Translations under genes and position numbers: made by a program
DNA from: Selaginella moellendorffii
Lineage: Eukaryota > Plantae > Lycopodiophyta
DNA: 64,000 nt
Assembly (NCBI RefSeq): GCF_000143415.4
Contig: NW_003314303.1
Coordinates: forward strand, 713,467 to 777,466
Direction: 5' to 3'
Shown here: piece by piece, positions 38,066 through 51,329 of the stretch
Layout: every line of letters starts with the position of its first letter
Numbering within the stretch: the first letter of the stretch is position 1
The notes under the pieces: generated by a model
Seen by the model: only the letters and a program-made list of their open reading frames with translations
Told to the model about the DNA's origin: nothing
Databases searched by the model: none

Positions 38066-41000
38066 TGTAAGGAACCAACTTCCCGAGGTGTCGTAGGCAA
38101 AAGGATCCCCGAAAGCATGACCAAAATGACAAAGAGTTCATCAAATGGGACTGAGTCTGAGATCGAGTCCAGGACCGACTTTGAGATGTAGTTCGAGATA
38201 GAGTTCGGGATCGAGCCCGAGGCCGAATCGGAGACCAAGTTCAAAACCGAGTTTGAGACCGAGTTTGAGACAGAGTCCGAGATCCACATCGGGTCCAAGA
38301 CCGAGTCCGAGGTCGAGTCCAAAGTCGAGTCCGAGATTAGGTCTGAGATCGAGTCCAAGATCGAGTCCGAGACCAAGTCCGAATTCGGGTCCGAAATCGA
38401 GNNNNNNNNNNNNNNNNNNNNNNNNNNNNNNNNNNNNNNNNNNNNNNNNNNNNNNNNNNNNNNNNNNNNNNNNNNNNNNNNNNNNNNNNNNNNNNNNNNN
38501 NTCAAGGGGGGAAAGCCCAAAGCGGGCATCTCCCAGGGGGGGGGGGGGGGGGGGGGGATATAGGGGGTTCCAAAAGTATAGTAGGGATAGTGAGGTCTAG
38601 GAACCAGTCTTGAAGGAACTCTCCAGTGGTGCTTCCAAACTGACTTGAGGTTGAGACTGGGGCCGAAGGGCCTTGGGTGGGAGTGAGTATGGACTCGGGT
38701 GGTGCCAGAAGGGCCACCCAAGGAAGTGCTCAAGAGCAGCTCCTACTCCCGAAAGGGAAACCGACTGCAATGCTCCCGACTCATGTGGAGTGGTGCCCCA
38801 CTTGAGTACTTGGTGGCTCATTGGTCCTCGCCCTTCCTAGGGGCTTGGACTTTCCCTTCGGGATGGAAGTGGGGGGGTAGAGGTACCCATACCAGGCCGT
38901 TAGGCCACGGTGTTTCGCCCCGGCGTCCCGAAGCAAGTGTTGCACCTAAAGCTTGGGATTTAGAGGGTCCTATGATCAAGTCATGTTGTACCAAGGGATG
39001 TTAGGAACCTGGAGGCTTGGTGTGCTTGGCTGCTTGTGCCTGTGGGGAGTGTAGCCAAACCTTAAGTCCAATCTAACCCAGGGAGGGGGATTGGGAGAGA
39101 TTTGGTAATCCGTGGATGGATGACTAACGCTCTGTGGCTCGTGTAGTGAGTAGCTGAAACCAAGTAGGAGCTGGTACAATAGGCGGGAACCTTGGTGAGG
39201 GAACTTAGCAAAAGCTAAGGCAGTGTTGGTTGGATAAACGAGGTAAGTTGGGAAATTGGAAAGGAAAAATTTGTGGCTTACAATTTGGTATTGGAGTGTT
39301 TTCCTCAGTTCTAGCGAAGGATAGAGGCAGATTGCTGGGAGATGGCAAAAGCGGGGCGTAAACGAACCTCCGCCAGAGCTAGAGCCTCCAGTCGAACAAG
39401 AGGCTATGGATGAGGAATCCTTGCATGAGGAGGACTTCAGTGAGGAAACTTCCAAACAGGAGTCCGGTGGTGAGCTTCGGTCGTCCAAGGCTTGATTGGA
39501 CGTTCTAAAAGGACAATTGGCACAAACCAATGCCCTGCTGGAGACTCTTGTACGCAAGCTAAAGCGTGACAAGAAGCAGAAGAAAAAGCGAAAGACTACG
39601 GATGCTGGTAGCACAAAAGGTGCGGACCCTTCGGTAGGGACTAAGGCAGAACCAAACAAGGTCGAATAGACTGAAGTGGAATCAATCCCTCAAGCAGTTC
39701 CCAAGTACAAACCAAAGCCCCCACCGGTCTTCAAGGGAGCGAATGACTATAAGGTGGTGGAGGATTGGTTTTACGATATGGAGGACTACTTCCGAGCATT
39801 GCGGTTACCGAGTTCGGAGAAGGTCCTATGTGCAAAACCATACTTGGCAGATAATGCCAAGTCTTGGTGGAGAACAACAGAGGCCAACGAAGGATCGGTG
39901 GCCACTTGGGAAATGATGAAGGTGAGGATTCGCGCGACGTATGTTCCTCCGAATGCTACTCATCACCTAAGGGATGAGCTGAGTAGGCTGAAGCAGACCG
40001 GAACCATTCAAGAGTATATAAATGGGTTTATGGCAAAGAGGATACTGGTCACGGATATGGGTGATATGGATGTGTTCCATGCCTTCATATCAAGCTTGCA
40101 AACCTCGGCTCGCGGCGAGGTGATGCGTTGGAACTTGACCAATTAGAAGGAAGCATTGGATGCAGCTATCAAGGTGCATTTCAACGATAACCTGCAAAAG
40201 GGGAAGACGACAGGGTCGGGTCCACGTTTAGCAAAGGGGCCAAACCAAGGGGAACATATAGCAAAAAGAAATTCAAGAAGAGTTTCTTTAAAAATGAGTC
40301 CTCGGGGGTTCCAGAAAGGCAAATCCGGTGGTCAGCGAGCAAGTACGTGGGGGAGTTAGGCAAAGAGAAACAAACCCATGGATAAAAAGGTCAAGTTAGT
40401 TAGCAGTGTGGGAAACAAGTATGTTACAACTATGGCGAAGCGGGACACTTTTCGAGGGAATGTCCCTACCTAAAGAAGGCCAAAGCCAATATGGCCATTA
40501 AGTCGGGTGAAATCCAAAATGAGATATATGATCCAATCCCTAGCTCAAAGTTACTCATTACATGAGAAACTTTGGTAGAGAGTTGTTCGCGACATCTACT
40601 AGCCCTTCGAGGGAAGCTTGGAGGTAGCTTTGTTAAGATCCTTATTGACACGGGTGTTTCGAATAATTTTGTGGCTACAGACATAATCCGGCAAGCTGGA
40701 CTAACAATGTAGCGGCTGGGCGAACCAAGGACTATAGAGTTTATTCAAGGTAGCCAAAGCACCGATGAAGTGCTTTGACAAGCGAGAGTCAAAGTAGGGA
40801 CATGGAAAGTAGACATGGATTTCACCGTGTTGGACATAGCGGGATTTGACGTAATCTTTGGGATGGATTGATTCAATCGGTTCATGGTAGCCCTGCATGG
40901 ACAAGGTAGGAACCTTGTGGTACTAGCGAATGCCCAAGGAAGAAGATCTAGAGTGGAGGCCCAGGATCTAAAGGTAGGGCAATGCAAAGCCAAAGACTCC

Positions 41001-43372
41001 TGCCTAAATCTAGTGTCCACGAGAGGACAACTCATTAAAGGAACCAAGGCAGCATTTTTGTGCTTATGTAAGCAACCAAAGGGAACGACTCGAGAGACGA
41101 TCCGTTGGGGTTTAAATATAGAGGGAAAGGGCCCATGAACAAGAGTGCACCCCCTTTTCCAATCGGTTAAGGGTCTTGGGATATTTGGGGTTAAGCGTCT
41201 TTGGGTTTGAATAGTATTGGGCTGGGTGACCTCCTGGGAAGTTCAAATTCAAGAGCTTACAACTTACTCTCGGTGAAGAGTGACAAAAAGGACGGGAAGG
41301 GAAGAAGTACCTTTAGTGATCCGGCGGGTGTTGGACCAATTCCAGGATACCATGCAAGAGGAGTTACCGACGGGGTTGCCCCCCGCACGACCGATGGAAC
41401 ATAAGATTGAGCTGGTTGAGGGTGCTAAGGTGGTGGTTTGTCCCCCCTATTGTTTGAATGAAAAGGAACTCGAGGAGTTCAAGCGCCAACTAAAGGAGTT
41501 GGTGGACAAAGGGTATGTTAGGTTGAGCAAGTCGCCATATGGGGTACCGGTGTTATTTGTGAAAAAGAAAGATGGATCTATGCATATGTGCATAGACTAC
41601 TGGTTGCTTAACAAGTATACAAAGAAGAACAAATACCCTTTGCCAAGGATTGAGGACATATTCGATAGGTTGGGAAAGGCAAAATACTTCTCGAGGATTG
41701 ACCTAAGGTCAGGATACTACCAAATCAGGGTAGCAGAGGAAGATGTTGAGAAGACAGCCTGTCAAACAAGGTATGGAAGCTTTGAGTTTCTGGTGATGCC
41801 CTTCGAGCTATGCAATGCGCCGGCAACATTTTCGGTGTTGATGAACCATATCTTTATACCCTATCTGGATCACTTTGTGGTCGTCTATATTGACGACATC
41901 CTGATCTATAGCAAAATGCTAGAGGAGCATGCTGAACACTTGACGAAGGTGTTTGAGAAACTAAGGGAACATTAGCTGTATGCTAAAGAGAGCAAATGTG
42001 ACTTTGCTCAACAAAAGGTAAAGTTTCTCGGGCATGTGGTGGGCAAGGACGGGCTCAAGGTGGACCCCGAGAAGGTCCAAGCGATTCAGGATTGGGAGCG
42101 ACTATCGAATGTACACCAATTAAGGGCATTCTTGGGGCTATGCAACTACTACCGAAGGTTTATCAAACACTATTTGAGAGTAGCCCTACCTTTAACGGAC
42201 CAAACGGGAAAAGGGAAGATGGTATAGACAGCAGAATGCGAGGCGGCATTTGTCCACCTCAAAGGGAAGTTGAGGAAGGCTCTCGTGTTAGAATTACCAG
42301 ACTTTGGTAAGGACTTTGAGGTAGAAATGGATGCTTCAGACTTTGCGTTGGACACAGTTTGAAGTAAGACAACCATCCAATAGCGTTCTTCTTGAAGAAG
42401 TTGGACAAGGCTCAACGAAAGTGGCCTGCCCACGAGAAGGAATTATTTACGGTAGTCAAGGCACTCAAGGAGTGGCGACACTACCTTGGGAGACACTTTA
42501 AGGTTTACACGGACAATGTGGCAACGAAACACTTCTTGTACAGCCTAACCTGAGAGGGAAATAGGGTCGGTGGGCCAATGCTTTGGCTGAGTTTGATTGC
42601 GAGATTCTGTACAAGCCTGAGAGGAGCAACATCATGGCGGATGCACTAAGTCAGAAAGCGAGCTTGAAGTTGGCAATATCCAGCATGACAGAAACCTTTT
42701 GGGATGATGTGCGGGTAGCATATGAGAACGATGGTCTAGCACAAGAAGTGTTGCTGAGGAATTTGGAGGCGCGGGAAGCTCACCAAAGAGGTGAGCTGCC
42801 AATGGAAGAGAAAACGGGTTATGCAGAACGCAACGGACTCATCTATTACAAGCAAACAAGGGTGTATATTCTAGAAGGGGAACTAAAGAAGGTAACATTA
42901 GAAGAATGTTATGACGGACCTCTTGTGGGACACGGCGGAATGCCCAAAATAATAGGCTTACTCAAGAGGAAGTACCATTAACCAAATATAGCTAAGAACG
43001 TTCAAGACTATGTAAAGATATGTCCAACATGTTAACAGGTCAAAACCGTGACTAAAGTTAATAGGGGCTTGTTACAAAACATCTCAATTCCAGATCGTCT
43101 GTAGAAATGTCTTATGATAGACTTCATCACGGGACTCCCCCCAAATGAGGGGTTTGATGCAATATTCGTGGTGGTGGGCTGATTTTTTAAGATAGCACAT
43201 TTCATACCCACCACAACGGAAGTTGATGCGGAAAATGTGGCAAAGCTATTCTTCGAACAAGTGGTTCGAGTGCGGGGAAGGCCAGAGGAGATCATCTCAA
43301 ATAGAGATAAGATCTTCATCAGTAGGTTCTAGAGAACTCTCCTGAAATAGTATCGCACCAAGTTGAAATTCA
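38066..43372 (+). mobile_element. Element A 5' part: 5' LTR (38066-39282), PBS, gag, protease, RT, RNaseH, integrase N-part (decayed)
   Basis: LTR TGTAAGG..CTTACA matches 16218-17210; PBS-like TGGTATTGGAG; [40 protein letters not shown]; ends ..TKLKF. Confidence 0.9.
41067..41261 (+). mobile_element. Solo LTR of the Cassandra-type TRIM inside element A pol
   Basis: Same 195-bp TG..CA sequence as 37042-37235; TSD GCTTA/ACTTA. Confidence 0.88.
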
Positions 43373-43525
43373 TACCTTAATCTGCTCATGAATGGAAACC
43401 ACGTTGGCAATGGTAACTGCACATCCGAGTTCTACCAGCTTCTTGCCGAGGAATACAACTGGCGAAAAGTGCCCCTGAGCAGGATACGGGACGAGTACCA
43501 CATGTGGTTTGCCTGCAAAAATCAT
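43373..43525 (-). pseudogene. UGT copy 2, 5' portion
   Basis: Matches 2318-2470 (MIFAGKPHVVLVPYPAQGH). Confidence 0.88.
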
Positions 43526-43654
43526 ATTGTCAATGCAGTTTCTCTAGAAGAAGAAGAAAGAACGAACCTGAAGCGCTATATTTTGGTGGAGTAGGCCAGC
43601 TGACACACCGAAGCCCGTTCCTCGCCCTTCCACCTTGGCTTTTTCCGGAAAGAA

Positions 43655-45790
43655 TCATTCTTCCGTCTCGGGGAAAACGAGTGGACACTTGTCGCAGGTT
43701 CCTGACTTCAGTAACTCTCTGGCAGCCTCATCCAGTAGAAAGCTGAAAATCTCCTTCGCAATTTGCACTGCTATTCTCTGTAGCTCCTCCTCTGTGCCTG
43801 CCCAGTTTGCCTCTTTACTAACATCTCCCTGGTGAAGGCCTTCGACTGACTGCTGCTGGAGGCCTGTGTTATGGCATATCTCACTCCAAACGTCTCGCAG
43901 AAGCCCCCGGCTCGAAGGCTTACAAGACTTCCGAGCCAAAATCTCGTTGACGACGTCGAAGAGAAACCGGCGATGAGATAAACTGTCAGGATTTCCTTGA
44001 TAATCGGCTTCCAGCGTCTGAAAAGCTTGAGAAATAGCCACAGGCCTTCGACTGTCACACTCATAAAGGGGCAGATTCTTGGACGCCAAAAGTACCTTAG
44101 AAACGTAGACAAGATCTGCTAGACGAGTGTCAGCCACAGGTTTCCCTGTGTTTACTCCCCGATTCGGTGCTTTTAAAAATCGACGAGTTTCTGCAAGGAC
44201 GCCACGTTAATTCAGAGAAAAGAAACCTTGTTCATAGGTAGCATTACCTCCCGAGTGTCTTTTGCGAAGTTCCAAAATAGATACTGGACTTGTCTAACGT
44301 CTCGCTCGCATTTCCAGTGGCCTGAAAAAATTCGTCATCGAGAGAAAGACCACCTTGGAAACCAGACCTCTACGATTTCAACTTGAGGCGCCAGTCGTGT
44401 ATCATAATCTTCAGAAAAGGTTCTCTGTTCTAGCGTGTCTCCAGGCCGGTCTTCGTCAACGAGAGCCTGCTTTCTCGAAAGTTTTATTGGCGTCGTTTGG
44501 TATGCTGGTGAAGAAGTCGTAAGATTCGCACTTTCCAAACTTTGGTAGCAACTGATATATCGTCTCAGCGTCGGAGTGGAAGCGTCTTGGATGTCCAGTG
44601 GCGTCCGTTCTGGCGAAGGCAAATGCGAGCTGACGTCTCTGAAAGCACTCTCCCGAGCCTTCCTGGTGATCTCTTGAGCGATTTCTTTCGCATCCTTGGA
44701 GCCATCTCTGAGGCGATGTATAACGAACTCCCTGGCAGATTGCTGCTGCGTTTAGGTTTCGGTGACAGCGTGCAGTACTTTCTCCCTGGCTGGAGAGTCG
44801 GGCTCAAACTCCTCCCTGTGAAATCGCGGTTGCGTTTCAAAGACTTTGTTGCTGGTTGTTTCCCGAAAATCTGGAGAGTGCGGCTTGTTGATCATCACCT
44901 TCTCGTGAAATTGTCTAGTTTCTCTTGTGCTAGCATGTACTGGTGGAGAACAGGACCCTGTTTCTTGTCGTCCCTTTGCCGGACCAGGCTTCAAAACTAC
45001 AATCCTCGTCGAACCATTATCAATAGAGACTTTCTTTCGAGTTTCAGCACGTTGCCCTTCATGTCCGTTCAACAAGAGATGGAGAAGAGTTGGCGTCTTC
45101 AAAGGCTCCTCATTCACAGGCTCCACTGGACTTTCAAACTGGAGAAAGCTGTCCTTACTCGGCTCGAGAGACCGCATCGCTTCCAAAAGCTGCCGGGATC
45201 GGTGCGTAACCCTCGGAGAGTAATTCGGTGTTGTACCCTCCCGGAAAGTCTCGCCCAGCACTGACTTTGTGGCTCTTGAAAACTGGCCAGCTTCTTGCGA
45301 CTGTGTCTCGAGAGTTTGCGCGAGACAGCTTCTATCATCTTCGCCCTTTCCAACGAAGAGCCGTTCCTCTTAAGCATGTCACCCATTGTCTCTACCGGCA
45401 TTGTCTCGAGACCCATAAGTCTTGCCACTACACCCGGTGGTTTTGCTTTTGCACACGTTGAAAGAACGCTATGCTTCGCAGCTGGAATCTCAAAGCCAAA
45501 CTGGAAGATCATATGGTGAGACACACGAATAGAAAGAAAAAATAAAAGCAAAGAACACTTACGGGGATCCATCGAGAACTCGGGACTGGACAATCCAGGC
45601 TATTCCTCGGAGCTTCGACTCCTGGAAGAAAAATCTAAGGGGCTCGATCGACACGCAAGAAAATCAATGCCGGTTTGGTATACCTTCTCGATTCCTCCTG
45701 CAAGATCGATTGGTGCTCCCGCTGGAGAAGATCCCGAATATCGGAGTGTTCATGCCTTGTACCAAACGATAATCTACCTCAAGATCCATC
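43655..45790 (-). pseudogene. TRM/LONGIFOLIA-like gene copy 2 (frameshifted)
   Basis: Near-identical to 2606-4729 with different indels. Confidence 0.7.
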
Positions 45791-46284
45791 AATCCCTGAC
45801 ATTCTCGCGTGCGCGCTTACTTTGGAATGGAGAATCCCTCGCCCGGCGCTCGCGAAAGAGCTCCTCGATCGCGAAGAAAGGAATGATATAAAGAGGAAGA
45901 CCTAGAAAGAAGAAAACGTGCCTTTGGAAGAGCGCAAATTCAAAGCTTCTTACCCGCCGCCAAATTTTACACAACGACATTGACCGCTGGTAAATTCTGG
46001 AGACTTTTACCAGATGATCTCGTGAACAGTGTGACGGATATTCTATTAGGGTAGGAAAAAAAGATAACTTGATTGTAACCAATTTGTAAGAATTTAACTT
46101 GGATAATCAACTAAAGGTTAAATTAGATTTAATTTACCACGCTCCTGTTCATTAACGACTTGATCTGGAAATAAACTCATGGATAAATTTGTAACAACAA
46201 ATCCATTTTAATTCAAAGATAAAATTGATTTTTTACTGCAATTTCTTCAGAGGGCTATATTTTTTCCACAAAATACTTCTTCAG

Positions 46285-46625
46285 TAAACCTGTCCTGACC
46301 ACTTTTCTAATGGCGGGATTACGAGTTTTGGCTCGGCAGCCACTCCAAGATGTTGAAGGAAGCTCGGGTTGGGGCGTCACGCTTCAGTCTCAATGCTGAT
46401 GCCGAAATACTCCAATTCTAATCAGATCTTTTATGTGCTCGAAGGTAAGAGATTGATTTTCTAGTATGTAAATTTTTTTCTCATGCATGCTAAAATTCCG
46501 GGATTTTCTCTCTTCGTCCAGGAAATGGTAAAGTAGGACTGACTTTTGCGGAGAGTCCCGGCAAATGTAAAGAAAGGCGATGCTATCGCTGTTCCTCACG
46601 GCACTGTCAACTGGTGGTTTAACTC
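46285..46625 (+). pseudogene. 11S-globulin-like cupin fragment (two exons)
   Basis: GGDYEFWLGSHSKMLKEARVGASRF, QIFYVLEG/intron/NGKVGL, KKGDAIAVPHGTVNWWFN. Confidence 0.65.
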
Positions 46626-46629
46626 ATTT

Positions 46630-47280
46630 CATAATCTACAATTGTAACTCTGCGAACTCTTGGCAGTGGTTGAGAGATGAGGAAGAACTCAAAAAAAATC
46701 AAAGCACAAGCCATCCCAAGCCAGCATTCCAACTCTCAAAATTCCCAATACTTCCCAATCACTAATCTGGCTCACAAACTAATGAGCCAACACTTGCTCA
46801 TCCAATGGTGTTGTGGGTAGTTGGATTATACTGTTGAAAAATGGGCGAAATGAGCTTGATTCTCAACCGGCCACACTTTAGTGACCTCTTATGCACTGTA
46901 GTGAGCTCCATCCCAACATGTTTATATCCCTCAGAGTAACAGTGATGTTGGTAACTCTCAAGATCTAGAGACCTTTGATCTTCTCAGCAGCAGTCTTGAA
47001 CTCCTTGTTGCCAACATAAGGAGAAGCTAAAGGGAAACAAATGATAGGGATGATTTTCTTCTTGGAAAGATTTACATTCAATTTCTTGTTAGGTGATAGC
47101 ATATGCCCAAAAAGTTGTCAGTGATGCAGTGCTCTGGCATGCTAATGGCTTGGCCTACATGGTAAAATAAACTTGCATAATGATAAAGTTCACAGCTTTT
47201 CATTTTCCTCTTAGTTTGTGTGTTATAACTCCTTCACGCCAACATTCACTTTATCCACTAAAACTCTGGAAAAGATGAAG
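46630..47280 (-). pseudogene. Class-3 lipase fragment copy 2
   Basis: Near-identical to 5470-5940 region; boundaries approximate. Confidence 0.5.
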
Positions 47281-47829
47281 ACATTGTTTGCTCTCATTGG
47301 CTCTAGTTCTGTGTCCACTCTTGAAGAATAAAATGCTCGCTAAAAAAGGGAAATTAAAATTAAAATCAACATATTTAGAAAAGGAAATATTTATTATATT
47401 TTAAAGAAAGTTAATAAGTTAGATCATCTAAGAATATTTTCAGTATATCCATTATTGTTTGCTTAACAAATTATCTTAATCATATACTCTACAAGGTTGA
47501 GATTAGTGTAGTATTGAGGAAATAGATAGGATACTTCACTATTAGCTGAATATCTTGAGGCTCTACAATGAGTTACACAATACTAATACATATTTGTCTT
47601 TTAAGACTAATAGATCACACTAGATGATGATGAAAAGCTGAGGTGAATGGCATTTAAAATTATTGCCATGGTGCAAGATAAGGCTCTAATACGACATTAT
47701 GGGGAAGAATTGAACAACTTATGCAATATGGTCAATTGCTAGTCCACCTTAGCAAAAGTCTCCAGGAAAAACCCATTATCCTTGAGATGCGATGCAAATA
47801 CTTCCACCCTTTCTGATTCTTGAAAGCTG

Positions 47830-48290
47830 GGATGGGGATTCCATTCCTGGGCTGCAAGGAAAAGGAACACGCTTCAAGTTGCGACCCAAGTGTGACAAGT
47901 CTTTGATCATCGTTTCCCCTCCTTTACAAGACACACCGGTACAGGCGGTGAGTGATCAATTCATCTGGGTCAAGCTTGTCCAGAATCTTGTCTGCATAGT
48001 ACTGCATAGCCGCAGTAAACACAACTATCTTGTAGAGCTTTGCCATGTCTCGCAGGAACTCGTCCACGCCGGGCCGCTTAGCCAAGCGCTCCAGTGGCAC
48101 AACTTTCCCGCTGAAGAGCCTGAGCGTTGCCCCTGTCGGGCATGGATGAGGGTGTTGTCCATGTCCAAAACCAACGTTGGCTTGTTTGGATCCAGAGGTG
48201 GCGGTAGAATACATGTAGTAATCTCACCCTTCGTTTTGACCTTCTTGGGCTGTGGCCTTCTTGGATCTGAAAATCCCAATCTCCATACTC
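47830..48290 (-). pseudogene. NIF/FCP1-type phosphatase fragment copy 2
   Basis: LVLDMDNTLIH and KRPGVDEFL..VVFTAAMQYYADKILDKLDP in different frames. Confidence 0.75.
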
Positions 48291-48369
48291 GCGCTTCATT
48301 TTCGACAGAACTAGAGGTGAACATCAGCCTTTTTGTACTAAGGGCTGGCTTTCCAAACATGATGATCGC

Positions 48370-49098
48370 TCACTTGCTCACTAAGCGAGCCTGGGTAAAC
48401 TCTTTGAGCTTCTCGATCTGTGGCAGTGCCACTTTGGCCGAGGGATGCTCGGTCACAGCCCCGAAGAGTTTGTGGAGACGCGGGCATTGCTCCTGGCTCG
48501 CGGGCTTCAAGCCCATCACTTGCTCAAGCGCTGGGATCCACACCGCAGAGGGTGCCAGCATCACATCCAAGAACGACATGCTCGCGCCACCAAAGAAGGG
48601 GCCCTCTTCCTCATCGCCCAGCTCCGCCAGAGCTCCCTCGAGAAGCAAACAGTCTTGGATGAACTCCTCGTTCACGGCAGCGCCGTTGCTGCGGATGAAT
48701 CGGTCCAAGTAGTCGGAAATCTGCGTGATCGATAAGCAAGAAGAGTTATAGCAGCAAATTTCTCGAAGAAATACCTTCTTCTCGAAGAAATCAGTCCAGA
48801 AGCGGTGCTGTGCGCGGAGGAATGCGTCCTGCGGCAAGAGTGGCGATGTTCCAGGCCAAACCTCGTCGATGTAGTGGACGATGATGGCCGACTCTGCGAT
48901 GGGCTTGCCCTTGTGGATGAGAACCGGGACCTTCTTGTGAACTGGATTGGACTCAAGTAGGAGCTTACTCTTGTTACCCAAATCCTGGGGGAGATCTTCG
49001 TGCTCGATGCCCTTGAGCAACAGTGCAAGCTTGACTCGCATGGAAAAGGGGCTGGGCCAAAAGCTGAGCAGTGTTACATCTTGATCGTGACAAGCCAT
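48370..49098 (-). CDS. Tau-class GST (type b) copy 2, intact
   Basis: Few substitutions relative to 6997-7725; same 54-nt intron. Confidence 0.9.
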   Translation of the reverse strand: MACHDQDVTLLSFWPSPFSMRVKLALLLKGIEHEDLPQDLGNKSKLLLESNPVHKKVPVLIHKGKPIAESAIIVHYIDEVWPGTSPLLPQDAFLRAQHRFWTDFFEKKVFLREICCYNSSCLSITQISDYLDRFIRSNGAAVNEEFIQDCLLLEGALAELGDEEEGPFFGGASMSFLDVMLAPSAVWIPALEQVMGLKPASQEQCPRLHKLFGAVTEHPSAKVALPQIEKLKEFTQARLVSK

Positions 49099-49859
49099 GG
49101 CTAGATGGAAAATTGAGAAGAAAAGTTAGAAATGCAAATGGACTGAGGTTTAATTTAATTGGATGAAGGGTCGCCTTTTATAACATGTCCCACGCGGCTC
49201 TTCGACCAATTGCCAAGAAGGCAGACGAGAAGGCTGAAGGTAGTGTCCAAATAATATTAAACTTCCAGCAATCTATCATAATAAAGAGGGAGTGCTGAAC
49301 TTTCTGGGGGTAATTGTAAAAAGTTTATTTCTTTAACTATGTCTTAGTGAATAATCGTGTTGATGTTTGCTCCCGGCTAATGGGAGGCAGCCAACCTGCG
49401 TGGGGGGAGAGGAAGGCTTTGCAACACATGTTGCATGCAAGGTGTTGATTGTTAAGCGAAGAAAGCACTGTGAAGAATGGGTCGCCATTGCTGTTCCTGC
49501 TGGGTGATTGCTCTCCAGCTATCCAATGATGGAATAGTGTGGAGAGCAAGCTGACCATGACTGCGCCTGTTGTATGTTGAGTGAATTGTTTTTGTTTTGT
49601 AATGTTTTTCTAGGGTTTATGACCTTGCTGCTATTGCCGATTCGTGATCCAAATCTGAGGCATTGTGTCAATGCCACTAGAATGAACCATGTCTTGGTAC
49701 TGGTTATGTCTACACTTTCTTTTAATGTCTTCCATTTTACTTTCTTTTCTTCTTCTTAAATGCCTTTGTGGTGTCTTTGTTTTTGAGAACCCCATTGCAA
49801 GTTCTCACTTTTTTTCACCATCACTCGGCTTTTTTTTTGTTCTGTTCTTCTTTTCCTAG

Positions 49860-51018
49860 ATGAATATTTGAACCAAGAAGCAGAGAATGCAAAGACATTG
49901 TCTCTGCAACAGCACATCATGTCCCCACCATGCTTCTAGAACCCTTTTTTTAACACTGATGTGTTTCCTGAGAGAGCTAGGCAAGGTATGTTGTTATTTT
50001 TCATTTTTCTTTCATAACTTTGGTATTCTCATACAGGATGTGTCTCCATTTTTGGCTCTTCATTGCATTACTGTGAGGAGTTCCATCAAATCAAGGTATT
50101 TGTGGTGTATAGAATTTATATGATCTTCATTCTTACTTCACTGTCAGGAAATAGGATGAGGCAATTTTAGCTATGTTTATAAAGTTCTTAAAAGACTTGA
50201 CGGTTGCCTTTATGATGTAAAGTATTCCAATTGGCATTTGCTAAATGAGGGAGATCGGTTTGTCACTATATTCGAGAGATGATGGTATTGATTTGGCAAA
50301 TTTTTCTCTTTGCAAAAGGAAAGCACTGAGAGAAGTTCAGGCACTTTTGTGTCTTGGTGAGTTGGCTTTTTTCTTTTAGTATTACCACTAGCTTTCTCAA
50401 AACTTATCCAGCTTCCAGGTTGCCATGAAAACGTAGTGCACTTCTTCTTTTCATGGTTCGAGAATGACTTTTTATATATCCAAATGGAGCTGTGTGAGAT
50501 GAATCTATGAGATGAGAGCCTTGCATGGACATTCAAGGAGAAGAAGCTAACTGAGGCGATGTTTCAAGTAAACAGCTCAATTCTGTTTTTTTCTTATGAC
50601 AACTCTTAAACACTTTCAAGCACTTACACTCGCATACTCACCTGGACGTGAAGCTTGACAAGATCTACATCTGCAATCATGTCTACAAGATTGGCAACTT
50701 ATGCCTTGCCAGTTGAATCGATGGCAACTTGAGATATCTCCCAATGGAGTTCATCAACAATGATCACAGCCACCCTGACAAAGTTGACATGTTTTCCCTG
50801 GGGGTGACATTCTACAAGCTCATGAGATGCTCCACCACCAGCATCTGGAAGGCAGTATCAAGCCATCCACTAGGGAAAGCTCGCTCTTCTTCCTGGATTC
50901 TCTCTTACATTCCAGAGCTTCATCAAGTCTCTGATGCATCCAGCAGCAAAAAATTGCCCCTTGGCTGCTCAAGCTCTCAAGAATGCACTCTTCAAGAAGT
51001 CTATCAGGAGTTGCTAAA
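49860..51018 (+). pseudogene. WEE1-like kinase pseudogene copy 2
   Basis: Homologous to 8555-9742 with further deletions. Confidence 0.7.
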
Positions 51019-51329
51019 CTTTCTGGGCTGCCAAATCCAGCCAATCGCAGCCGGGGGTAACTATAAAGGGGTTATTTTTTTAACCACATATTTGCGAATA
51101 ATCACACTGATGTTTGCTCCTGGCCAATGGGAGGTGGCCAAGCTGCGTGGGGTGGGAGAGGAAGGTGCAGCAATGCATGTCGCATACATGTGTTCTGTAG
51201 CAGATCTAGCTGGAGTTCCAGCCCTCCTGCTGGAGCTCACGGAAAAGATCCAGTGCCGATCAATGCAATCTGGGATTGTGGGTGATGCTAGTGATCACTA
51301 CTGTCCAAGAGACTAGATTTTTGATTTGA

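Noticed and set aside
14897-43372. Two adjacent inversions or an ordinary nested LTR insertion as explanation of the insert
   Set aside because: Flanks are two perfectly contiguous halves of a UGT with no TSD, and the insert ends are mid-integrase, not LTR termini
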